A stretch of 42,587 bases of DNA, from positions 52,142,343-52,184,929 of the forward strand of contig NC_068995.1 in assembly GCF_001194135.2 (NCBI RefSeq). The letters are read 5' to 3'. Shown one piece after another: positions 33,250 through 42,587 of the stretch (positions are counted from its first letter, which is position 1; every line of letters starts with the position of its first letter). The notes beneath the pieces were generated by a model. That model was not told the origin of the DNA and ran no database searches. It saw only the letters and a list, made by a program, of their open reading frames with translations. The stretch comes from Octopus bimaculoides. Taxonomy: Eukaryota. The position numbers and the translations under genes are program-made.

Positions 33250-33720
33250 CAAAACATGGAATTGAAGGGCCTTAAAGTTAGCTTCACAAAGACCAGGGTT
33301 CTAGTAAGTAAGAAAACAGATAGGACCCTACCTGCTTCAGGTAAATTGCCCTACTTGATATGTAGGAAAGGTGTAAACAGGAATCCCAAATGGTATTACC
33401 GAGTGCAAGCTGTGGTCACACAAGAGGCACAGTGGAATAACAGGAAGGTTAGCAGAGAAAATAGTGTTTGTTTGTAAAAGAAGCACAGGAGCGCTAAAGT
33501 CCATGGATACACAGGAAATTGATTTTCTGAAATGCCCTGGAGGCTCCCTAGAGATAATAGATAGCTTCTGCCACTAGAGGACCTAATCAGCTATGGAGGA
33601 GGACATACAGAAAGTGTAATTGCTAGAATATAATAGGATGGAGGTAATTCCTAGAGTGTCTCCCTCTGTTGGCAACCAAAGGTGTCTCTCTCTCTTCTAT
33701 ACAAAAACGCTGTAGGTAGA
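33250..33720 (+). mobile_element. RTE-type LINE ORF2 C-terminal fragment
   Basis: MELKGLKVSFTKTRVLVS..SGKLPYLICRKGVNRN, followed by a decayed IDSFCxLxDLISxGGG..SVIARI motif. Confidence 0.7.
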
Positions 33721-33867
33721 GTGGTTTAGCTTTTATTTCTAGCAATGTAGATGTTTTTTAACGCCCTAGTCACATTTAGTTATAATTCTCCTTTATGGTG
33801 AAACATTGCAAACTGCTGTTTATATTAATTTTATATATATGTATATATATATAAATATATATATATA

Positions 33868-34023
33868 GGAGTGGCTATGTGGTAAGTAGCTTGCTTCCCA
33901 ACCACATGGTTCTGGGTTCAGTCCCACTGCGTAGCACCTTGGGCAAGTGTCTTCTACTATAACCTCAGACCAACCTCAGCTTTGTGAGTCGATTTGGTAG
34001 ATGGAAACTGAAAGAAGCCCGTC

Positions 34024-34092
<69 letters not shown>

Positions 34093-34285
34093 TGCGTGTG
34101 TCCCCAACATCACTTGACAACTGATGCTGGTGTGTTTATGTCCCCGTAACTTAGCGGTTTGGCAAAAGAGACAGACAGAATAAGTACTAGGGTTATGAGG
34201 AATAAGTCCTGGGGTCAATTTGCTCGACTAAAGGCGGTGCTCCAGCATGGCCACATTCAAAGTGACTGAAACAAGTAAAAGAATA
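33868..34285 (+). mobile_element. SINE family A, full length, long internal (TA)n
   Basis: Complete head, microsatellite and tail; several CpG to TpG/CpA changes relative to upstream copies. Confidence 0.9.
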
Positions 34286-34406
34286 AAACAATATCCCTCT
34301 ATCTCTCTTCTGTCATATAATTGTTGTTTTGTTGTTCTATTTGTTGTCCAAAATATATTGACTAATGGTCATCTTCTTTCATTTCATTCTTCCTGTACCC
34401 AAAAAG

Positions 34407-34418
34407 ACACATAGTCAT
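34407..34418 (+). CDS. MAP2K5: Candidate MAP2K5 12-nt microexon 16: THSH
   Basis: Branch-point-like TGACTAAT (34359-34366), AG-free pyrimidine tract, first AG at 34405-34406, perfect GTAAGT donor, phase 0-0. It sits where human has a short 27-nt exon (recalled). Confidence 0.6.
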
Positions 34419-34944
34419 GTAAGTAATCCTCTATTGTTCTATATGTCCTCTTCCTCCTCCTCGTTAGTGTTGCTGTTGATGCTGTTACCATAGTTGTTCT
34501 TTAGCCCCATGGTCAGCTCTGACTGGGCAGACTTCTGATGAGATGCAATCCAGCCATGACCATCAATCATTTTGTATTATCTAACACTACATTGGTCAGT
34601 AGTTCTTTGCGTTGTTGAGATGCTAGATGTATGATTGAGAGAATTTGGCTGCCATTTCTAGCAAGTCAGTCAACCACAAAGAGGCAAGCTTGTGTTGCTG
34701 TTGTTGTTGTATTGTTCTAGGTGTTGTTTAGCTCCCAAGTCAACACTGATTGAGCAAACTTATGATCAGAAACATTGCAGACTTGACCACTCTGCCTAAG
34801 GTAATGGAGCAGAATTCAAGAAAGGGTTTGACTGCTATTTTTAGTTGGTTGAACAACCTCATTGAGACTCCTTTATTTACTTATGAAAGGTCTTTGTATT
34901 TTGAAAGTTTCTCCATTATTATTATTATTAATATTATTATTATT

Positions 34945-35140
34945 ATTAAGGCAGCGAGCTGGCTGAATAATGAGCACACAGGCAAAATGCTTAGCGGAAT
35001 TCTATTCGTCTTCATGTTCTGAGTTCAAATTCTGCCGAGGTCGACTTTGCCTTTCATCATTCAGTGTCGATAAAATAAGTACCAGTTACACACTGGGGTC
35101 GATTTAATCAACTTAGTCACTCCCCCAAACCTGCTGGCTT
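34945..35140 (+). repeat. Family D repeat
   Basis: AAGGCAGCGAGCTGG..GTTCTGAGTTCAAATTCTGCCGAGGTCGACTTTGCC. Confidence 0.8.
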
Positions 35141-35144
35141 GGCA

Positions 35145-35305
35145 CCTGTGACGTCGCAACTCATTTCTGCAGTTGAGTTAACTGGAGCAACGGGAAATAA
35201 AGTGTCTTGCACAAGAATACAACACACAGCCCGGTCCAGGAATTGAACTCACAACCTCATGATCGTAAGTTCGACGCTCTAACCACTGAGCCATGGGCCT
35301 TCATT
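35145..35305 (-). mobile_element. SINE family C-related 5' part
   Basis: Minus strand TGGCTCAGTGG A box, GAGTTCAATTCC B box, TTCTTGTGCAAGACACT core. Confidence 0.7.
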
Positions 35306-35496
35306 ACATTACAAATCAATATAATATTGGATGTTGTTCTTAAGAATTAGTATCCCAACGTATTTACTGACAGAAGACCCTACACACACACACACACACA
35401 CACACATTCCTACTTTGGTTTCTCTTTTCTTCTATATATATATATATATATACATGTATATTTATGTCTGTGTGTATCTGTCTTGTTCTTTTGTAG

Positions 35497-35529
35497 GTGG
35501 GTGAGGTGTTGAAAACAATTGTGGAAAAA
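35497..35529 (+). CDS. MAP2K5: MAP2K5 exon 17 (33 nt): VGEVLKTIVEK
   Basis: TTTTGTAG acceptor; GTAAGT donor; helix G, equivalent to PLQLLQCIVDE. Confidence 0.88.
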
Positions 35530-36463
35530 GTAAGTAGACAATCCGAATTCCCTTTCTTCATTTTATTTCTCCTTCTCTTTCCTTTTCACAAATAATATGC
35601 GTATATACATCATCATCATCATCATTACTGCAGCATCCACTTTTCCAGGCTCTCATGAGTCAAGCAGAATTTGTTGAGGTAAATTTTCTACAGTCAGATG
35701 CCCATCCTGTTGCCAGTCCTCACCTGTTTCCATGTAAGGCAATAATTCCTCATACCCAAACATGTTTTCCTGAGTCTTGGACAATAACACCCCCACCCCC
35801 ACCAAGGACAGTTACCTTGAGGACAACAGATGAGGATTTAAAACTTCTTAATATATTGGAGAGGGAGTAATTAACCAAGGGGTGGGGTAATTGTCCTGGA
35901 GGTAGTTGCCATCAGGGGAATTGTCCTAGGGGGTGGGGTAATTGTCCTGATAGTTTTCCCAGAAGACTGGAAATGAAGACCACTGCATGGGGGGGGGGGT
36001 AACACTCGCAGGTGTAGGTGACACTCGCATACAACTATTACATAATGTCAAGTTAAGAAGTCAGTAACACACACACACACACACACTGTATTCGTTCACA
36101 TGGTGACTTTCTCAGGAAAAGGTAAAACAATGTTTCTTATTTTTTGAGATACATTATTCAAATTTTATATCTGTTGTAGCATGCAGTGTTGAAAGTGATA
36201 TTATTTAATCATTGATAGCTAACATTGACATTATGTAAATTGAAAAGTTTATGATATCTAAAGGTTCTTGGGAAAGGCTTTTTAATTTGTGTCGGGAAGT
36301 TCCAAGCTATATTAGTAGAAACTTCTAGATTGAAACTCTCTTCCAGTTTGTAGGTGAGGACGGGGATCCTCCATGTACACTAACTTAGATCAACTAACCA
36401 ACAGACAGACAGAGATGTGAATACATCTTAACTGTTTAAAAATTATTTTACATTTCTCTTCAG

Positions 36464-36525
36464 CCTCCACCCAGATTATCTGAAGAACACTTCTCAGCAG
36501 AATTAGTTCATTACGTCACAAAATG
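36464..36525 (+). CDS. MAP2K5: MAP2K5 exon 18 (62 nt): PPPRLSEEHFSAELVHYVTK(C)
   Basis: CTCTTCAG acceptor; GTAAGT donor; PxL..FS..VH.. pattern. Confidence 0.93.
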
Positions 36526-37382
36526 GTAAGTTTCTCAACTTGGTATCTTATTTAGATATCAAGGAATTAAAATAACATAAAAAAAAACAAAAATACAATG
36601 CCTAGTTCATGCCATCTTTTATTTCTTGTTTTTGTATTAAAATTTTTGCCTTTTTTTTATTGAGGTTTTTTCATAAAAAAAAAATCAAATCTTTGTTCAC
36701 AAAAGAAGACACTCTTCACAAAAATAAAATTCAGTTCTTCTCAATTCCTCAAAAAACGTCTTCATTTGCAGAAATCTCTCGTTCATAAGAGTTTGTGAGG
36801 AAAATATTTGGATTCATCCTGACAGAAACATATTTTTTTTTCTTTTATTTATCTTATTCCTTTTACACTGCATTAATAACAACAACAACAACATTACCAT
36901 CAACATCATCAACAACAGCTGCACCACCAAGTTCAAGGTTGGCAATAGCAACACTAACGTCAGCCTTCATATAATCAAGAACAAAAACAATAGCAAATTC
37001 CACCAACAAGCTTGACATCATCATCATCACAACTATCATCATTATCATCTTGTCATTGCCATCATCAACATCAGCAAAATTCAAGCCATTGAGGAAGCCA
37101 CAATATGGTCAGTGAACCTGTTAGAAATAGAAATAGCAACCAAATCTTGGTCAAATGATATCCCAATGTCTGAGAAAAAGAGGAAGGACACGTTGAACAA
37201 TGTGATTCCTGATATACAAAAGGACATGGTGGCCATGGCTAGATCGCCTCTGATCATAGCACTACTCAGGAAAGGTTGATTTGGGTTAAACAACAATATC
37301 ATCAATAAACAACATCATCATCATCATCATCAACAACAATAGAGGATATCTTAATTTCCACTTGTTTTGTTTCCTTTTGCAG

Positions 37383-37428
37383 TATGCAGACCCTGCCCCA
37401 GGACAGGTTACCAGCTGCAGACTTGTTG
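37383..37428 (+). CDS. MAP2K5: MAP2K5 exon 19 (46 nt): MQTLPQDRLPAADLL
   Basis: TTTTGCAG acceptor; GTAAGG donor; subdomain XI PxxR arginine. Confidence 0.93.
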
Positions 37429-37616
37429 GTAAGGTTTCAGTCCATAGTATCGTTTATTTTTCACTCTTTGAGACTATATTTCAATTGAAAATGTATGGAA
37501 GCAAAGAGGCCTACATTTGGAATTCTGACAACCATGTCATTTGGTACTTAACATATGAAAGTATCCATCAATGGGTTGCATGAGGTGGTTCTGTTGAGTT
37601 ACAGATATATGGCACA

Positions 37617-38189
37617 GACATCGTTCTTGTTGCATAAAAGAAGGGAAGACAACACTTCAAAACGGTGTTTTTTTTTTTGTTGTCGTTCAATTTGTGCAGC
37701 ACCCATTTCTCAAGTATTTTTGTTTTTCCAATCTCTTTCAAGTGGTTGGAAATTGTCGTATACGTTACGTCTAATTCAGAAGCAAGCTCTCGAAAAGTTG
37801 TGCATGGATTGGCTTCGACTAAGGCTCTTAGTTGATCGTTGTCAACATCCGATGGCAGACGGCTACAAAATTTTTTGAACTACCACTGTGCTGTATGTTC
37901 ATTAGTGGTTCCTGGGCCAAACACATCGTTGATATTGCGAGCTTTTCAGCCTGGCTTGAACTGGAATAAGAAAATTGTGTGAATTTGCTTTTTGTCCATG
38001 TTGTATATAACGTTCTGGAAAAAAATGGCCTAATTATTCAAAAAGAGAAAGAGTAACACAATTAGATAGAGCGAAATACAGGCTTTAAAATGATATATAA
38101 AGTCAAAGTAATTTAATGAAAATTAATTTGAAAATACATCATTTAAAACCAAAATTAAAAATTCCGCAAGAACTTTCTTGACAACCTAA
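37617..38189 (-). mobile_element. Hsmar1-like (cecropia-type) mariner, 5' TIR plus N-terminal transposase, 3'-truncated
   Basis: TA followed by TTAGGTTGTCAAGAAAGTTCTTGCGG at 38189. ATG 37999 gives MDKKQIHTIFLFQFKPG*KARNINDVFGPGTTNEHTAQW*FKKFC..PSDVDNDQLRALVEANPCTTFRELASELDVTYTTISNHLKEIGKTKILEKWVLHKL. Confidence 0.9.
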
Positions 38190-38518
38190 TATAACCCTCC
38201 AGCGTTTTATTAACATTACAATTCATGATATGTAAATATCTAGTAAAGACAGATAAATTTAACAAAACAAAAAAATTAACTAACTACAAAAATAATAGGG
38301 TTGGCTAATTAAAAATTAAAAAGTAAGAAAGTAAAATGATTAAAAAATTAAAAACTAAAAACCACTATATAATCCACTAAAATGTCATAATTCAAAGTTA
38401 ATGATATGATAATATCAAACCAAACAGAAGACTGAAAAATTTGGTATCATTTAACTCCCGTTACATATGTTTCATTTCCTAATAGGAGTTACAGTTGTGT
38501 ATATATTTCTGTTGTCAG

Positions 38519-38596
38519 GTTCATGCCTACACTCAAAAGCATTGCATGGACAGTTCCGACATCATAGCCAACTGGGTCCAGCAACAACAACGATGA
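38519..38596 (+). CDS. MAP2K5: MAP2K5 last coding exon: VHAYTQKHCMDSSDIIANWVQQQQR*
   Basis: GTTGTCAG acceptor, phase 0; H and WV positions match the MEK5 C-terminus; TGA at 38594-38596. Confidence 0.85.
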   Translation, partial: VHAYTQKHCMDSSDIIANWVQQQQR

Positions 38597-38838
38597 ATTG
38601 AAGAACTGTTGAACCAAAGAACCAATTTGCTGAAGAACAACAAATGAATTATTAATGTTCTGCCTGTCCAGTGCATTTCATAAGTTTGCCCTAAACGTCC
38701 ATGTTTGTTGTCAAGCTTTTAGCTAGCCCTCGTTTCATACGTTCTGAATAATATAAACCTTTCCTTTCATAAGTCAGTAGCAGCTATTACAATATCCAGT
38801 GTGCAGCAAACTAAATGTTATCAACTGTAATGGATTAA

Positions 38839-39053
38839 CCCATTCATTGCTGTATTTATTTTGAGATGTTCTGTGTTTCTTTCAATTAACTTTAAACATA
38901 ACAAAGAATTTAGTAAAATAACTTGGTTATCATTAAGCTAGTGTTAGAAGCATTAATTGTGACTAAGGTTTGGTGGAAGATTTTAATTCAAATCTTATGA
39001 AAACACAACATTTGTACTCAGAGCCGGTTTCAGCCAGGTTGGTAACAAAAGGG
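38839..39053. mobile_element. piggyBac-type MITE (TTAA target site)
   Basis: TTAA-CCC at 38835-38841 and GGG-TTAA at 39051-39057 with degenerate inverted ends. A related right end occurs at ~17650-17726. Confidence 0.55.
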
Positions 39054-39248
39054 TTAATATATTGGCAGTGAGCAAGGGGACAAGTTGGCAGAATTGTTAA
39101 CATGCTAGACAAAATGCTTAACTCCATTTCATCCATCCTTACCAAGGTCCACTTTGCCTTTCAGGTTTCATAAAATAAATACCAGTTGCACACTGGAGAC
39201 AGTGTTATCTACTTAACACCACTCCCCCTGATATCGCTGGCTTTGTAT

Positions 39249-39294
39249 GTGAGTTTTTATATCTGATGAAGCAGGGTTCAAACTAGTCACTCAC
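39249..39294 (+). ncRNA. Degenerate minimal hammerhead-like motif
   Basis: GTGAGT..CTGATGA-AGC(AGG)GTT-CAAA-CTAGT-C-ACTCAC: palindromic ACTAGT stem III and GUC triplet; G12 is lost. Confidence 0.4.
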
Positions 39295-39310
39295 TCAGCC
39301 AAAACCAGGT

Positions 39311-39316
39311 AATAAA
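39311..39316 (+). terminator. Candidate polyadenylation signal for MAP2K5
   Basis: AATAAA about 715 nt after the stop, followed by CA dinucleotides and a T/G-rich stretch. Not verifiable without RNA data. Confidence 0.3.
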
Positions 39317-40608
39317 AAGGTGTCACACATGACTGCTTTTCAGTTGTTTATAAAGGTATCTGCTTTGTTGTTATTTGATTAAAGCTAGCTTTTTTTCTTG
39401 TAACATAGTGTATATAGAGTTACAGGATCCAATGCATCCTTCTTTTTCTAAGGCACTAAAGTATGATTTAACTGCTCTTTCTAGCAGATCAAGGGAACAC
39501 AGAAGGGGTGGGGTGAAACTGAGTGTATATTTGATTTTAAAGCACTCCGTTGGTACTTTATTTTATTGACCCCGAAAGGATGAAAGGCTAATTTTGATCT
39601 TAGCAAGATTTGAACTCAGAGCATAAAAAGCAATTTAATGTGACACTTTGCTAATTCTCTCAAACCACCAACATTATTAAGGGTTTCTGATATGGGCACA
39701 GCACCGCAAATTCGAGGAGAGAGGGGCCACACTGATTCTTGATACTTGAACAAGAAGTATCTAAAGTTAATTTTTCATCAACAAAAAGGTCAGAAGTTCT
39801 TTCCTTTCACCATTGTGGCCGAGATCGACTTTACCTTTTGTCTTTTTAGGGTTGATGAAATAAGTACCAGCGGAGTACTGAGGTCAATGTTATTTACTAT
39901 CCCACCTCCCTTAAATTTCAGGCCTTATGCCTATAATAAAAAGGATTATTATAAGCATGGTACATTGGCAGAATCATTAGAGCATCAGGCAAAACGTTTT
40001 GCAGTATTTTTTCCAGTTGTTNNNNNNNNNNNNNNNNNNNNNNNNNNNNNNNNNNNNNNNNNNNNNNNNNNNNNNNNNNNNNNNNNNNNNNNNNNNNNNN
40101 NNNNNNNNNNNNNNNNNNNNNNNNNNNNNNNNNNNNNNNNNNNNNNNNNNNNNNNNNNNNNNNNNNNNNNNNNNNNNNNNNNNNNNNNNNNNNNNNNNNN
40201 NNNNNNNNNNNNNNNNNNNNNNNNNNNNNNNNNNNNNNNNNNNNNNNNNNNNNNNNNNNNNNNNNNNNNNNNNNNNNNNNNNNNNNNNNNNNNNNNNNNN
40301 NNNNNNNNNNNNNNNNNNNNNNNNNNNNNNNNNNNNNNNNNNNNNNNNNNNNNNNNNNNNNNNNNNNNNNNNNNNNNNNNNNNNNNNNNNNNNNNNNNNN
40401 NNNNNNNNNNNNNNNNNNNNNNNNNNNNNNNNNNNNNNNNNNNNNNNNNNNNNNNNNNNNNNNNNNNNNNNNNNNNNNNNNNNNNNNNNNNNNNNNNNNN
40501 NNNTACAATGTAATAGAGACAAATTCCTTCTACTTATAGCCTCAGTCCGACCAAAGCCTTGTGAGTGGATTTTGTAGATGGAAACTGAAAGAAGCTGGTG
40601 TATATATA

Positions 40609-40985
40609 CTCTTTACTCTTTTCTTTCAGTCATTTGACTGCGGCCATGCTGGAGCACTGCTATTAGTCGAGAAAATCGAGCCCAGGACTTATTCTTTGTA
40701 AGCCTAGTACTTATTCTATAGGTCTCTTTTTGCCGAACCGCTAAATTACGGGGCCTAAACACACCAGCATCGGTTGTCAAGCGATGGCAAGGGGGAACAA
40801 ACACAGACACACACACATATATACGACAGGCTTCTTTCAGTTTCCACCTACCAAATCCACTCAAGGCTTTGGTTGGCCCGAGGCTATAGGAGAAGACACT
40901 TGCCCAAGGTGCCACACAGTGGGACTGAACCCGGAACCATGTGGTTGGTAAGCAAGCTACTTACCACACAACCACTCCTGCGTCT
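40609..40985 (-). mobile_element. SINE family A, full length
   Basis: Complete reverse complement of family A, flanked by + strand family A fragments (40520-40600, 41000-41125). Confidence 0.9.
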
Positions 40986-41404
40986 ATATGTATATATATT
41001 TCTATATTTATCTTTGTGCGTGTCATGTCTGTGCTTGTCCCCACCACCACTTGACAACTGATGTTGGTGTCTTTATGTTGCTTGAAACCTAGCGGTTCGG
41101 CAAAAGAGACCGATAGAATAAGTTCTAGCTTCTTAACTATACAACTATGTCTGTACCTGTATATGTCTAAAGAAAATTAAAAGCAGACCAACCACATTAA
41201 AGCATATACATTAAAAAAAAAAAACTTGACTCAGCCTGAAAACAATAACAGTTTCTTATTTATATTAATTTTATTTTTTTTTGTCTTTTATTATTTTTAA
41301 ATAGCAGGTCAAAAGTTATTGGGAGACTTATTCTGCAAGGTTGCTGTTGCTGTTGTTGTTATCTTTATTATTACTAATTAATACTATTATCATCATCATC
41401 ATCA

Positions 41405-41439
<35 letters not shown>

Positions 41440-42302
41440 GCTCAGTCAAAAAATAAAAACAAAACAAAACAAAAATATTGCAGGCAAAATTCAAGTTAAA
41501 AATACTTTTCTCGTCAATCTTTTAATTACTTTCCTTGTGGTTTTCCAATTTCCATTTTTTTTTTTTTGTTTCTTTCTTTTTTGAAATATTTTCCAGAAGT
41601 TCAATATTCATGTTTATAGAATTTGGAAAAATGTTTAAGCACAGCCAGAAATTTTCTGTTAATTATGTGAAATTTTAACGTGTGTTTCACATTTGATGTT
41701 TTGTTTGTTTGTGATTTTCTTGTTAGTGTTTTTTCTGCTCTTTTGTGAGTGGTACCAATGTACAAAAAGAAAAAAAAATGTTTTTTTTCCTTCCTTTTAT
41801 TGTTGTTCATTGTTGTTGCTTTTTTTAATATTTATTCTTTTTTTTGTAGCGTTCCATGACAGGAGAATGCTTGAGATATAGAAACTTCAGTGTAGTGAAC
41901 AAATATAAGTGGAGAGATTTGTAAAGTAAAAGTGATGACAGAAGCAGAAGAACGGTGATGTCAGGCAAGCAACGGAAATAATTTCCACATGTCCTCACAG
42001 ACAGTAGCTGCACATGTCCCATCACAGAAACCGAGTGTTTATGCATTGCCTATTTCACCGATTCCATTTGTTTGTAAGATAAAAGGAGGCAGGAAGGTGG
42101 GGGAATAAAAATTTTCTTTGTACAAATATGGAAGAGTGAGTATGAGATAAAGAGATAGACCACAGGGGTGAAAGTGAGGGAATTGTATCAGTCAGTAATT
42201 ATTATTATTATCATTATTATTATTATTTAGCCAAAGTCTCAGAATACACAAAGGCTAGACAAACTATAAACATTTTAGACATTTGGTGAAACAGTAGTAA
42301 TA

Positions 42303-42344
<42 letters not shown>

Positions 42345-42345
<1 letters not shown>

Positions 42346-42587
42346 TCTCTTTTACTCTTTTACTTGTTTCAGTCATTTGACTGCGGCCATGCTGGAGCAC
42401 CACCTTTAGTCGAGAAAATCGACCCCAGGACTTATTCTTTGTAAGCCTAGTACTTATTCCATGGGTCTCTTTTTGCCGAACCGCTAAGTTACGGGGACAT
42501 AAACACACCAGCATCAGTTGTCAAGCGATGTTGGGGGGACAAACACAGACACACAAACACACATACAAAAATATATATATATATATA
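42345..42587 (-). mobile_element. SINE family A, 3' half, cut by the window end
   Basis: Reverse complement of the family A tail. Confidence 0.88.

Larger units (their letters stand above)
15829..38596 (+). other. MAP2K5: MAP2K5/MEK5 gene span (dual-specificity MAP kinase kinase 5: PB1 domain plus kinase), about 20 coding exons
   Basis: Spliced translation matches MEK5 hallmarks (PB1 N-terminus, [49 protein letters not shown], SIAxTYVGTNAYMAPER). All visible introns are GT-AG with consistent phases, and most exon sizes equal those recalled for human MAP2K5. Confidence 0.97.

Overview
AT-rich, microsatellite-dense eukaryotic genomic DNA with six assembly gaps (N runs 7572-8003, 14093-14995, 19227-19855, 24662-24732, 30864-30968, 40022-40503). 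The repeat families and simple repeats suggest a cephalopod (Octopus-like); this is inference. The only gene I can support firmly is a multi-exon MAP2K5/MEK5 (PB1 domain plus STE7-type kinase) on the + strand, ATG 15829 to TGA 38596. I reconstructed it by hand from 18 confident GT-AG exons, one candidate 12-nt microexon (34407-34418), and one exon (PB1 acidic loop, length 3n+2) that is required for frame but not visible and probably lies in gap 19227-19855. Predicted length is about 417 aa if that exon is 68 nt as recalled for human. The rest is transposon debris: RTE and CR1/L2-type LINE fragments, a Gypsy integrase fragment, mariner elements (one Hsmar1-like), maT/DD37D and pogo-like remnants, Tc1-type and piggyBac-type MITEs, and several tRNA-derived SINE families (labelled A-E here; the labels are mine). 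Main hunt result: up to five minimal type-I hammerhead-ribozyme-like motifs of the Penelope/retrozyme kind, of different sequence families. The best one (17771-17817) has an intact core and lies sense in MAP2K5 intron 1. Also notable are a motif-rich promoter (~7150-7350) with candidate exons of an unidentified minus-strand gene, an ATGA-coupled uORF pair at the MAP2K5 start, a chimeric SINE and a CpG-decay gradient over the gene body. All alignments and folds were done by eye; no searches were run.
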